Positions 9,503 to 17,716 of a stretch of DNA of 64,000 bases are shown here, piece after piece. The notes beneath the pieces were generated by a model that saw only the letters and a program-made list of their open reading frames with translations, searched no databases and was not told the origin of the DNA. The position numbers were made by a program, and so were the translations under genes. The DNA comes from Acidimicrobiales bacterium (GTDB lineage: Bacteria; Actinomycetota; Acidimicrobiia; Acidimicrobiales; Aldehydirespiratoraceae). The DNA lies in contig OY730440.1 of NCBI GenBank assembly GCA_963422655.1, positions 2,425,442 to 2,489,441 of the forward strand, given 5' to 3'. Position 1 is the first letter of the stretch; each line of letters opens with the position of its first letter.

Positions 9503-9556
9503 CTTGCAAGAGATAGTCGACTTGCAAGATGTAGCTAACTTGCAAGATGTACTTGG
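9496..9556. repeat. Tandem repeat, about 3.4 x 18 bp (tagYYRacttgcaagaKR)
   Basis: Read directly. Unit 1 contains the amidohydrolase stop codon (9500-9502). Confidence 0.9.
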
Positions 9557-9578
9557 GGCTGGGCCTGCTAGCTGTGAG

Positions 9579-9650
9579 TAACCGGTTCACTGTGACAACC
9601 GACTAACCGTTACAAACCGGCTACCTGTTACTAACCGGCTAACTGTGACA
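9579..9650. repeat. Degenerate tandem array, 4 units of 17-19 bp (taaccggYt.acYgtKaca)
   Basis: Read directly: taaccggttcactgtgaca / accgactaaccgttaca / aaccggctacctgttac / taaccggctaactgtgaca. Confidence 0.75.
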
Positions 9651-9861
9651 AACGGGATCGTTGGTGAACCAGCAGGCCAGCACCGATGGCACCGGCTTGG
9701 TTACCGAGCCGGGTTTGCAGGAGAGCGGGCGGCATCCGGCGGTGCCGGGTGAGAACGTTGAAATGATGGATGAGCGCCTCGATGTTGCCGAGAGGATGTA
9801 TGTCGATATGGCCCACGCCCACCGCGAGCACCTGCCGGATCGACTCGTCCCGCAGTGAAGC
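9631..9861 (-). pseudogene. Possible C-terminal remnant of a ROK-family kinase/regulator
   Basis: The stop-to-stop frame encodes ...ESIRQVLAVGVGHIDIHPLGNIEALIHHF...LLQTRLGNQAGAIGAGLLV. The LGNxAGxIGA tail is typical of ROK C-termini. There is no N-terminal ATP-binding part and a stop lies at 9862-9864. Confidence 0.35.
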
Positions 9862-9898
9862 TCAGTTGGCCCGCGGTCGGGCGCGCTAAAGTCATCGG

Positions 9899-10645
9899 AT
9901 GCCTCGAATGGTGGCCTACCATCGGCCCACAACTATCGAAGACGCCATCGGCTTGTTGAGTGAACCCGACCGGGTGGTCTTGGCCGGTGGCACCATGCTG
10001 AACGCTGACCGGGAGCCCTCCGATCTCGAAGCCGTGGATATCCAGGCCCTGAGGCTGGACCGGATCGAAGCCGACGATACCGGCCGGGTCCGGTTGGGGG
10101 CCATGGTCACCCTCGACGAGATATCCCGGTCCGAATCGATACCGGCCCGGATGCGCCATGTGGCTCGGGCCGAGGCGCCCTCGACGCTGCGAACCCTGGC
10201 CACCGTGGGCGGTCTGGTGGCCCGACGCCAAGCCGACAGCGTGTTGCTGGCCGCCCTGCTGGCTCACCGGGGCCGGGTCGCTCTGGCCGGCGGGGGCGGT
10301 GCCGACGACTTGGAACTGGGGGAGTTGCTGGCCGCAGAAATGCCGGCCGGAGCGCTGATCACGGCGGTGACCATCGACCCGGACGGTGCTGTCGCCACCG
10401 CCGGTACCGGCCGGACCCCGGCCGATGTACCCATCGTGGCCGCCTACGGGCGTAGGGTCGGCGGTGCCGTTACCGTAACCCTCACCGGCGTGGCTGGTGT
10501 CCCGGTCAGGGCCGACGAGTCGGACCCGGTGGCGGGGCTGGCCCCCGACGGCGACTTCCGGGGCTCGTCCGAATACCGACTGATGTTGGCCGGTGTCCTC
10601 ACCCGACGAGTGGTGGCGGATTTGGCCAGGGAAGGGGTGGGCTGA
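9899..10645 (+). CDS. FAD-binding subunit of a xanthine dehydrogenase/CO dehydrogenase-family molybdenum hydroxylase (CoxM/XdhB-like)
   Basis: LAGGTMLN FAD motif, LATVGG, and C-terminal FRGSSEYRLMLAGVLTRR (CO_deh_flav_C-like). Confidence 0.85.
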   Translation: MPRMVAYHRPTTIEDAIGLLSEPDRVVLAGGTMLNADREPSDLEAVDIQALRLDRIEADDTGRVRLGAMVTLDEISRSESIPARMRHVARAEAPSTLRTLATVGGLVARRQADSVLLAALLAHRGRVALAGGGGADDLELGELLAAEMPAGALITAVTIDPDGAVATAGTGRTPADVPIVAAYGRRVGGAVTVTLTGVAGVPVRADESDPVAGLAPDGDFRGSSEYRLMLAGVLTRRVVADLAREGVG

Positions 10646-13596
10646 TGGAAGCAGGCAGAGCCAGTGAGATGACAGAGGTCACCTTCGATCTCAACGGTGC
10701 GGCCACTACCGTCACGGTGGCACCTCACGAGTCGTTGCGGGCGGTGCTGCGGCGCTTGGGCATGTTCTCGGTCCGTTACGGCTCCGACAGCGGCGAGACC
10801 GGCGCCGCCGCGGTGCTCTTCGACGGGCGGCTGGTCAGCGCCGATGTCGTCGGTGCGGCCCAGGCCGGCGGCCATGCCATCACCACCTTGGAGGCCCTCA
10901 ACGTCTCGCCCGAACTGCATCCCATCCAAGCTGCCTTCGTGGCGGTAGGGGCCTTCCAGTCGGGCTACTCGGCCGGGGCAATGATCCTGGGGACCATGGC
11001 GTTGCTGAAAGCCGACCCCGATCCGTCCGAGGCCGAGATCCGCGACATGCTCTCGGGCATCCTCGACCGCGAAACCGCCTACACCAAGCCGGTCGAAGCA
11101 GTGAAACGAGCCGCAGCCGTGCTGAGGGGCGATAAGCCCGACCCCTTCGGCCCGCTGGTCCTGCCGCCGATGACCGACGGGCTCAACCCGGCAGTCGTTG
11201 ATGCCGACGACCCGGCTGTGCCGGCTTCGAGCTCGGTGCCTCGCTTGGTCCCGTCCCGAGACGTGCCCGACATGGCCGTGGTCGGCAAACCGGAGGTGAA
11301 GGTCGACTCGGTTCGCCTGGCCAAGGGAAACCCGGCCTTCACCGACGACATCGAGCCCCGGGGGATGCTCTACGCCAAGGTGCTGCGCAGCCCCCACGCC
11401 CATGCCCGCATCGTCGGCATCGACGACTCGAAGGCCTTGGCCCTGCCCGGGGTGCGAGCGGTGCGCCACCACCGGAACACTCCTCGGGTGAAGTACGCCT
11501 CGGGCGGCCAGAGCTGGCCCAACCCCCACCCCCACGACCAGGTGAGCTTCGACGACAAGGTCCGTCATGTCGGAGACCGGGTGGCGGCGGTGGCCGCCGA
11601 CACCATCGAGATCGCCGAGGAAGCCATCCGGCTCATCGACGTGACCTATGAAGTGCTCCCGGCCGTCTTCGACGAACGGGATGCCATGAAGCCCGGCGCG
11701 CCGGTGGTCCACGACGAGGACGACACCCATCACATCGCCGACCGGGACCGTAATCTGGTCCATCACATCACGGCCCGACGAGGCGACCTCGAGGGTGCTT
11801 TCGCCATCGCCCCCCATGTCTTCGAGCAGACCTTCCGGGTCCATCAGGTTCAGCAGTGCCCGATCGAGCCCCACATATCCATGGCCTGGCTCGACTCCGA
11901 CGAGCGCATGGTGGTCCGCACCGCTACCCAGGTGCCCTTCCACACCCGGCGAATGCTGGCCCCCCTCATCGGCATGGACATCAAGGACGTCCGGGTCATC
12001 AAGCCCCGCATCGGCGGCGGCTTCGGGGCCAAGCAGGAGATGCTCATAGAGGACATCGCCGCCCACTTGGCCATCGCCACTCGTCGCCCGGTTCGGCTCG
12101 AGCTCGACCGGGCCGAGGAGTTCTTCGCCAGCCGCACCCGCCATCCCCAGACGATCACTTTCCGGTCCGCGGTCGACCGCGACGGCCGGCTCATGGCTCA
12201 GGACATGTACGTGCTGGGCAACACCGGCCCTTACGGGACCCACGGCTTCACGGTGCAGATCGTCTCGGGGCTGCGGGGTCTGTCCTCCTACAACGCTTCG
12301 GCCAAGCGCTTCACCTGCGATGTCGTCTACACCAACATCCCGGTTCCGGGCGCCTACCGGGGCTACGGCGGCCCCCAGGGCGAGTTCGCCCTCGAAGCTC
12401 ACATGGAGGACATCGCCCGGGCTCTCGATATGGACGTCCTCGACTTCAAGCGCCGTAACTGGGTGAAGATGGGCGACGAGCAGGACATCGCCCCCCACCT
12501 CGGTGAGCGGGCTCCGGCTACCGAGGAGCTCGACGACTACCCCAAGATCATGTCGTCGGGGATCGAGGAGTGCGTGGCCCAAGGCGGTCGCGAGATCGGC
12601 TGGCACCGGCGCCATGACCCGGCCTGGAAGCAGCCGGCCGACCGGCCTCACATTCGCCGGGGCATCGGCTTCGCCTTCTGCATGCACGGTACCGCCATCC
12701 CCTTCCTGGACATGGGAGGGTGCTCCATCAAGCTCAACGACGACGGCTCGTTCAACATGCTCATCGGCGCCACCGACCTGGGCACCGGGGCCGACACCGT
12801 CATCGGGCAGATCGCGGCCGAGGTGTTGGGGGTGCCGCTGGACGACATCAAAGTGTACTCGAGCGATACCGACGTAACCCCCTTCGACACCGGGGCCTAT
12901 GCCTCGTCGACCACCTACATATCCGGCACCGCCGCGTTGCGAGCGGCCGAGGTGGTGCGCAAGCGGCTCAAGGAGCGGGCCGCCATGCTGCTCGAGGTCG
13001 ACGAGCCCTGCACCATCGAGCTCCGGGACCGGCGGGCCTACGCCGCCGACGGTCGTTCGGTGAGCCTGGAAGAGATCGCCCTGGACTCGCTGCACATGCA
13101 GGAGCACGAGCAGATCATGGGCACGGCTTCGCACGTCTCGCCCGACTGCCCGCCCGCGTTCGCGGCCCAGTTCGCCGAGATCGAGGTGGATGTCGAAACC
13201 GGTCAGGTCACGGTGACCAAGCTGGTGATGGCCGTCGACTGCGGGGTGGCCATCAACCCGGTCACTGCCAGCGGCCAAGTGGAGGGCGGCATGATCCAAG
13301 CCCTCGGCTACGGCCACTGCGAGGAGATAGTTCTCGACGGCGCCGGCCGGATGATCAACCCGTCGTTCGGCCCCTACAAGATCTACCGGGCCGACGAGGT
13401 ACCCGAGACGGTCGTGTTCTTGGTGCAGACCATGGAGGACAGCGGCCCGTTCGGGGCCAAGGCCGTGGCCGAGATCCCCAAGGACGGGGTGGCTCCGGCG
13501 GTGCGTAACGCCATCCTCGACGCCACCGGAGTGGCAATCAACGATCTGCCCTTCACCCCGGAACGGGTGTGGAGAGCCCTTCGGTCCCACGCTTGA
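10645..13596 (+). CDS. Molybdopterin-binding large subunit of an XDH/aldehyde-oxidase-family hydroxylase, fused to a cysteine-less [2Fe-2S]-like N-terminal domain
   Basis: 983 aa. The N-terminal ~165 aa are collinear with Fer2/Fer2_2 small subunits. The Moco part has IGGGFGAKQE, GYGGPQG and FGAKAVAEIP motifs. The start ATG overlaps the FAD-subunit stop (TGATG). Confidence 0.9.
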   Translation: MEAGRASEMTEVTFDLNGAATTVTVAPHESLRAVLRRLGMFSVRYGSDSGETGAAAVLFDGRLVSADVVGAAQAGGHAITTLEALNVSPELHPIQAAFVAVGAFQSGYSAGAMILGTMALLKADPDPSEAEIRDMLSGILDRETAYTKPVEAVKRAAAVLRGDKPDPFGPLVLPPMTDGLNPAVVDADDPAVPASSSVPRLVPSRDVPDMAVVGKPEVKVDSVRLAKGNPAFTDDIEPRGMLYAKVLRSPHAHARIVGIDDSKALALPGVRAVRHHRNTPRVKYASGGQSWPNPHPHDQVSFDDKVRHVGDRVAAVAADTIEIAEEAIRLIDVTYEVLPAVFDERDAMKPGAPVVHDEDDTHHIADRDRNLVHHITARRGDLEGAFAIAPHVFEQTFRVHQVQQCPIEPHISMAWLDSDERMVVRTATQVPFHTRRMLAPLIGMDIKDVRVIKPRIGGGFGAKQEMLIEDIAAHLAIATRRPVRLELDRAEEFFASRTRHPQTITFRSAVDRDGRLMAQDMYVLGNTGPYGTHGFTVQIVSGLRGLSSYNASAKRFTCDVVYTNIPVPGAYRGYGGPQGEFALEAHMEDIARALDMDVLDFKRRNWVKMGDEQDIAPHLGERAPATEELDDYPKIMSSGIEECVAQGGREIGWHRRHDPAWKQPADRPHIRRGIGFAFCMHGTAIPFLDMGGCSIKLNDDGSFNMLIGATDLGTGADTVIGQIAAEVLGVPLDDIKVYSSDTDVTPFDTGAYASSTTYISGTAALRAAEVVRKRLKERAAMLLEVDEPCTIELRDRRAYAADGRSVSLEEIALDSLHMQEHEQIMGTASHVSPDCPPAFAAQFAEIEVDVETGQVTVTKLVMAVDCGVAINPVTASGQVEGGMIQALGYGHCEEIVLDGAGRMINPSFGPYKIYRADEVPETVVFLVQTMEDSGPFGAKAVAEIPKDGVAPAVRNAILDATGVAINDLPFTPERVWRALRSHA

Positions 13597-13599
13597 GCC

Positions 13600-14922
13600 G
13601 TGGCTCCGGGGACGATCGTCACCGCCGACTGGGTCATCGCCGCGGCAACCGACGATCCCCGGCCCGATCACGCCGTTCGGGTGGTCGGCGACCGCATCGA
13701 CGAGCTCGGCCCGGCGGCTGAGCTGCGGGCCCGCCATCCCGGTGACGCCTGCATCGATGGGTCCGGTCAGGTGCTCATGCCCGGGTTCGTCAACGCTCAT
13801 GTTCACCTCTACGGGGTGCTGGCCCACGGCATCCCCGCCGATGATGCCCCATCCGGGTTCTGGAGCTTTCTCGACGACTACTGGTGGCCCAAGATCGAGA
13901 ACGCCCTCGATCACGACATGATCGCCGCTGCCGCCGACTGGGTGACGGTCGAGCTGCTGAGGTCGGGCACCACCAGCTTCTTCGACATCTTGGAAGCCCC
14001 CAACGCCTTGCCTGAGGCCCTGCTGGTCGAAAAGGAGGTGATCGACCGGCGGGGGCCGAGGGCGATTCTGAGCTTCGAGGCCACCGAACGCATGGGGGCC
14101 ACCAATGGCCGAGCCGGTCTGGCCGAGAACGTGCGGCTGATCGAAGCGGCCCGGTCCGACCGGTCGAGCCTCGTGTCGGGGGCGATGTGCTACCACACCA
14201 CGTTCACTTGCTCGGAGCCGCTGATCCGTCAGGCCTTCGAGCTGGCCGAGCATCACGACGTGTTCTGCCACGCCCATGTCAATGAGGGCACACACGAGCC
14301 GGAGTGGTGCCTCGAGCACCACGGCCTGCGAACGCTCGAGTTCTACCGGCGGCTGGGGGTGGCCTCCCCCCGGTTCCAGGCCAGCCAGTGCGTGCAGGTC
14401 TCGGAACGAGAGATCGGTATAATCGCCGATTCCGGCATCCGAGTGTCGCACATGCCGCTGGCCAACTGCGAGGTCGGGGGCGGGATCGCGCCCATCCCCG
14501 AGCTGCTCGAACGGGGCGTGACGCTGGGCTTGGGGTCCGACGGCTATGTCAACGACATGTTCGCGGTCATGCGGGGGGCGTTCTTGCTGCACAGGGCCCG
14601 AACGCTGGATCCGGGGGTGCTGCCGGCCGATGTGGTGTTGCACCTCGCTACGGAAGGGTCGGCTCGAGTCCTCGGCCTCACCGGCGTCGGCCGGCTCGAA
14701 CCGGGCTTTTGCGCCGACCTCCAACTGGTCGAGGCCCGTTTCCCCACTCCGGTTCAGGGCCACAACCTGGCCGAACAGCTCGTGCAATGGGGTGATCATT
14801 GCTGGGTGCGCGACGTGATGGTGGCCGGCCGGTGGCTGGTGTGCGGTGGTGAGGTACTCGACGCCGACTCGGACCGGCTGCGGGCCCGCTGTCGTGAGCA
14901 AGCGGCCCGGCTGTGGGCGTGA
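13600..14922 (+). CDS. SsnA-like amidohydrolase (putative aminohydrolase)
   Basis: PGFVNAHVHLYG HxH motif, later HAHVNEG and GSDGYVNDMF. Confidence 0.85.
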   Translation: MAPGTIVTADWVIAAATDDPRPDHAVRVVGDRIDELGPAAELRARHPGDACIDGSGQVLMPGFVNAHVHLYGVLAHGIPADDAPSGFWSFLDDYWWPKIENALDHDMIAAAADWVTVELLRSGTTSFFDILEAPNALPEALLVEKEVIDRRGPRAILSFEATERMGATNGRAGLAENVRLIEAARSDRSSLVSGAMCYHTTFTCSEPLIRQAFELAEHHDVFCHAHVNEGTHEPEWCLEHHGLRTLEFYRRLGVASPRFQASQCVQVSEREIGIIADSGIRVSHMPLANCEVGGGIAPIPELLERGVTLGLGSDGYVNDMFAVMRGAFLLHRARTLDPGVLPADVVLHLATEGSARVLGLTGVGRLEPGFCADLQLVEARFPTPVQGHNLAEQLVQWGDHCWVRDVMVAGRWLVCGGEVLDADSDRLRARCREQAARLWA

Positions 14923-15728
14923 GTCCAGCCGTCGCGACCGGAGACACAAGGGCCAGTGGGGCCCCGGGCCCAGGCCTGATCGGGGAGTTGGCCGGCGCGG
15001 TGGCGGCCGGGGTGGCCGTGGCGGCCGCCACCGTCGTGGACACCTCGCGGTCGGTGCCCCGCCGGCCCGGCGCCAAGATGCTGGTGTTTCGTGACGGCCG
15101 CACCCGCGGGACCGTGGGCGGAGGCGAGATGGAAGCTCGAGTCGTGATCGAGGCCGTCGAGTCCCTGGGCGACGGCCGTCCCCGTATGCTCGACTACCGG
15201 CTGGTCCACCCCGACCAGGGCGATCCGGGAGTGTGCGGGGGCGACGTCTCGATATTCGTGGAGCCTCACATGCCTCGACCGACTCTTGTAGTGGTGGGAT
15301 ACGGCCACGTGGGCCGGGCCGTTGCCCATCTGGCCCACTGGCTCGACTACCTGGTAGTGGTCAGCGACGACCGCGACGGGCTCGAAGCCGACGCCACCTC
15401 GGTCCACGAGCTCTTCACCGGCCCCATCACCGATCTGATAGCGGGGCGGCCCTTCGATGCCGACACCTCGGTGGTGCTGGTCACCCGCAACGTCGGCCTC
15501 GACGTGGCCGCGCTGTCGGCGCTGCTGGCCACCGGGGCCGGCTATATCGGAGTGATGGGAAGCGCCCGGCGGTGGAACACGGCCCGAGCCCAACTGGAGG
15601 TCCGGGGGGTGGACCCGGCCGACCTCGACCGGGTGAAAGCGCCGATCGGCATCGAGGTCGGAGCCGAGACACCCTCTGAGATCGCTGTGAGCATCATGGC
15701 CGAGGTGATCGCCCATCGCCGCCTCTGA
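14913..15728 (+). CDS. XdhC/CoxI-family molybdenum hydroxylase maturation protein
   Basis: ATVVDTSRSVPRRPGAKMLV..GTVGGGEME N-domain, Rossmann-like VVVGYGHVGRA, and C-terminal PIGIEVGAETPSEIAVSI. An alternative GTG 14919 overlaps the upstream stop. Confidence 0.85.
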   Translation: MGVSPAVATGDTRASGAPGPGLIGELAGAVAAGVAVAAATVVDTSRSVPRRPGAKMLVFRDGRTRGTVGGGEMEARVVIEAVESLGDGRPRMLDYRLVHPDQGDPGVCGGDVSIFVEPHMPRPTLVVVGYGHVGRAVAHLAHWLDYLVVVSDDRDGLEADATSVHELFTGPITDLIAGRPFDADTSVVLVTRNVGLDVAALSALLATGAGYIGVMGSARRWNTARAQLEVRGVDPADLDRVKAPIGIEVGAETPSEIAVSIMAEVIAHRRL

Positions 15729-15738
15729 GCCACTCTGC

Positions 15739-16518
15739 GTGCTGCGGGGCGGTGGTGACCTCGCCACCGGGGTGGCCTGGCGACTGACCCGGGCCGGCTG
15801 GCCCGTGGTCGTGCTCGAGCTGCCCCGACCCCTGACGGTGCGCCGGACCGTGGCTCTGTCCACCGCCGTCACCGAGGGGGAAGTGGTGGTGCAGGGTCTG
15901 AGAGGGATTCGGGTCGACTCGCCCAGCGAGGCCGTGGCCGTGGCCGCTACCGGCGCTGTGGCCGTGCTCGTCTCCGGTGAGCGGGTGCCCGTCGGTGCCG
16001 AAGTGGTGGTGGACGCCCGGCTGGCCAAACGCAACCTCGACACCACTATCGACGACGCCGATCTGGTGGTGGGGTTGGGTCCGGGCTTCGTGGCCGGAAC
16101 CGACTGCCACGGGGTGGTCGAGACCATGCGGGGCCACAGTCTGGGTCGGGTCCTGTGGGCCGGCTCGGCTGCGGCCGACACCGGCACGCCCGGGCTGGTG
16201 GGCGGCCGCGGCGCCGACCGAGTGCTGAGGGCTCCCGCCGACGGAATAGCGGCCTGGGACGCGGCCATCGGCGACATCGTCACCTGCGGCGAGGGCTTGG
16301 GGACCGTGGCCGAGGTGGCGGTGAAGGCACCCTTCGACGGGGTCCTGCGAGGCGCTATCGCCACCGGGACCGAAGTTCGGGCCGGGCTGAAGATCGGTGA
16401 CGTGGATGCTCGCTGCGATCCAGCCGCTTGCTACCAGATCTCCGACAAGGCGCTGGCCGTGGGCGGGGGAGTGCTGGAAGCGGTGCTGGCCTGGCGCTCG
16501 GGCCGGGCCGGCTTCTGA
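15739..16518 (+). CDS. YqeB/EF2563-family protein (accessory protein of selenium-dependent molybdenum hydroxylase systems, TIGR03309-like)
   Basis: The N-terminus VLRGGGDLATGVAWRL..VVVLELPRPLTVRRTVALSTAV matches my recollection of this family. It lies directly downstream of xdhC. Confidence 0.65.
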   Translation: MLRGGGDLATGVAWRLTRAGWPVVVLELPRPLTVRRTVALSTAVTEGEVVVQGLRGIRVDSPSEAVAVAATGAVAVLVSGERVPVGAEVVVDARLAKRNLDTTIDDADLVVGLGPGFVAGTDCHGVVETMRGHSLGRVLWAGSAAADTGTPGLVGGRGADRVLRAPADGIAAWDAAIGDIVTCGEGLGTVAEVAVKAPFDGVLRGAIATGTEVRAGLKIGDVDARCDPAACYQISDKALAVGGGVLEAVLAWRSGRAGF

Positions 16519-16562
16519 AGGCGAGCTCGGGCCGGGCCGGTCACCTGAGTAGGGTCCGGTCC

Positions 16563-17546
16563 GTGGTCCGGCTCGCGTTCAACCTCATCCCGACCGAACC
16601 CATAGAGCGGATGGTCGGCTTGGCCCGTTTGGCCGAGCAGCACCGATACCAGCGGTGCTGGGTCTACGACGAGGGTCTCGCCACCCGGGACGTGTACGTG
16701 ACCCTGGCTGCCATCGCCTCGGCCACGTCTACTGTCGAGGTGGGTCCGGGTATAACCAATCCCTACACCCGTCATCCCGGATCAACCGCCGCCGCCATAG
16801 CTTCCCTGGACGAGCTGTCGGGGGGCAGGGCCTTCCTGGGCATCGGGGCCGGGGGCAGCCTCACGCTGGATCCCCTGGGAATAGAGCGGAACCGTCCGCT
16901 TTCTGCCGTGGCCGAGACCATCGACGCCTGTCGGCGCCTTTTCGAAGGGGAAACCGTCGATAGCCATGGCCGGCACGTGCAACTCCGCCGAGCGAGGCTG
17001 GCCTGGCGGTCGGGCCGGTCCGGCACCGAGATCTGGTTGGCCGGCCGGGGTCCGAAGATGCTGAAGCTCGGTGGCTCCGTCTGTGACGGGGTCATGCTCG
17101 ATTTCTTGTACAAGCCCGATCTCGCCGGGGTGGTGGGTGGTATCCGGGCCGCGGGCCGGGCCGCGGCCCGCTCACCGAGGATCGGCTACTCGACCATGAT
17201 CGTTACCGATGAGAGGGTCATGGCCGCTACCAAGCCTCACATGACCTACCGGCTGGTCGATTCGCCTCCGCAAGTGCGAGCCGCCATCGGGTTGACCGAC
17301 GATGCTGCCGGGCAGATCCGCGCCGCTATGGGTTCGGGCCTGGAAGCGGCAGCTGAACTGGTGCGAGACGAATGGGTGCATCCATTCGTCCTGTCCGGCA
17401 CCCCCCGCGAGTGCGCGTCCGAGTTGGCCTCACTGGTGGCGCGCCACGAGATCGACGAATTCGTGGTACCGGTCCTCGACGACGCCGGAGCCGAGGAGCT
17501 GCTGGCCGTCGGGGCCGAGGTGCTCGCCCGAGCGGCTCGCCTGTAG
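16563..17546 (+). CDS. LLM-class F420-dependent oxidoreductase
   Basis: VGPGITNPYTRHP, GIGAGGS, GRGPKML. The ORF-track start 16428 overlaps the upstream gene, so GTG 16563 (VVRLAFNLIP) is preferred. Confidence 0.8.
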   Translation: MVRLAFNLIPTEPIERMVGLARLAEQHRYQRCWVYDEGLATRDVYVTLAAIASATSTVEVGPGITNPYTRHPGSTAAAIASLDELSGGRAFLGIGAGGSLTLDPLGIERNRPLSAVAETIDACRRLFEGETVDSHGRHVQLRRARLAWRSGRSGTEIWLAGRGPKMLKLGGSVCDGVMLDFLYKPDLAGVVGGIRAAGRAAARSPRIGYSTMIVTDERVMAATKPHMTYRLVDSPPQVRAAIGLTDDAAGQIRAAMGSGLEAAAELVRDEWVHPFVLSGTPRECASELASLVARHEIDEFVVPVLDDAGAEELLAVGAEVLARAARL

Positions 17547-17672
17547 CTCGGATCTTGTTTCGGGTCGGCGCCCCACGCCGTCTCAGCCTCGGGGGCCCGG
17601 TCTCAGAGCTGCTATCCCCGGTTCGGGGTTGGCGGCGCCCCATGCCGTCCCTAAGGTTGGCCAGGCCACTTC

Positions 17673-17707
17673 CCCGTGGATTCTCACCTTGCCCGTGGAT
17701 TCTCACC
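17673..17707. repeat. Direct duplication of cccgtggattctcacc (2 copies, period 19)
   Basis: Read directly. It ends about 10 bp upstream of the proposed Tad operon first gene. Confidence 0.85.
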
Positions 17708-17716
17708 GGATGGGAG

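Noticed and set aside
7988-9650. CRISPR array interpretation of the short direct repeats
   Set aside because: The units are contiguous head-to-tail with no unique spacers, there are only 2-4 copies of 11-20 bp, and no cas genes are present in the window.
10645-13596. Selenocysteine (in-frame TGA plus SECIS) in the molybdenum hydroxylase
   Set aside because: The ORF is uninterrupted, with no in-frame TGA. The selenium link, if any, would be through a labile cofactor and cannot be seen in the sequence.
10444-14949. 1501-aa ORF on the minus strand
   Set aside because: It is antisense to the well-supported Moco-subunit and SsnA-like genes. Its composition is Gly/Arg/Pro/His/Val-rich with no recognisable motifs. 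This is the typical long shadow ORF of high-GC DNA.
14796-16364. 522-aa minus-strand ORF, plus similar long antisense ORFs at 26581-28122, 27612-29006, 31591-33183, 37388-38836, 39969-41009, 44097-45893, 58356-59453 and 62396-63565
   Set aside because: Each lies opposite a gene with clear family motifs and has low-complexity Arg/Pro/Gly-rich translations. These are GC-driven open frames, not genes.
17372-17716. N-terminal 115-codon extension of the cpaE-like ORF in the track
   Set aside because: It is Arg/Pro/Gly-rich, overlaps the end of the LLM gene and the repeat-containing spacer, and places the Walker A motif far from the N-terminus. A start at TTG 17717/17723 is more plausible.
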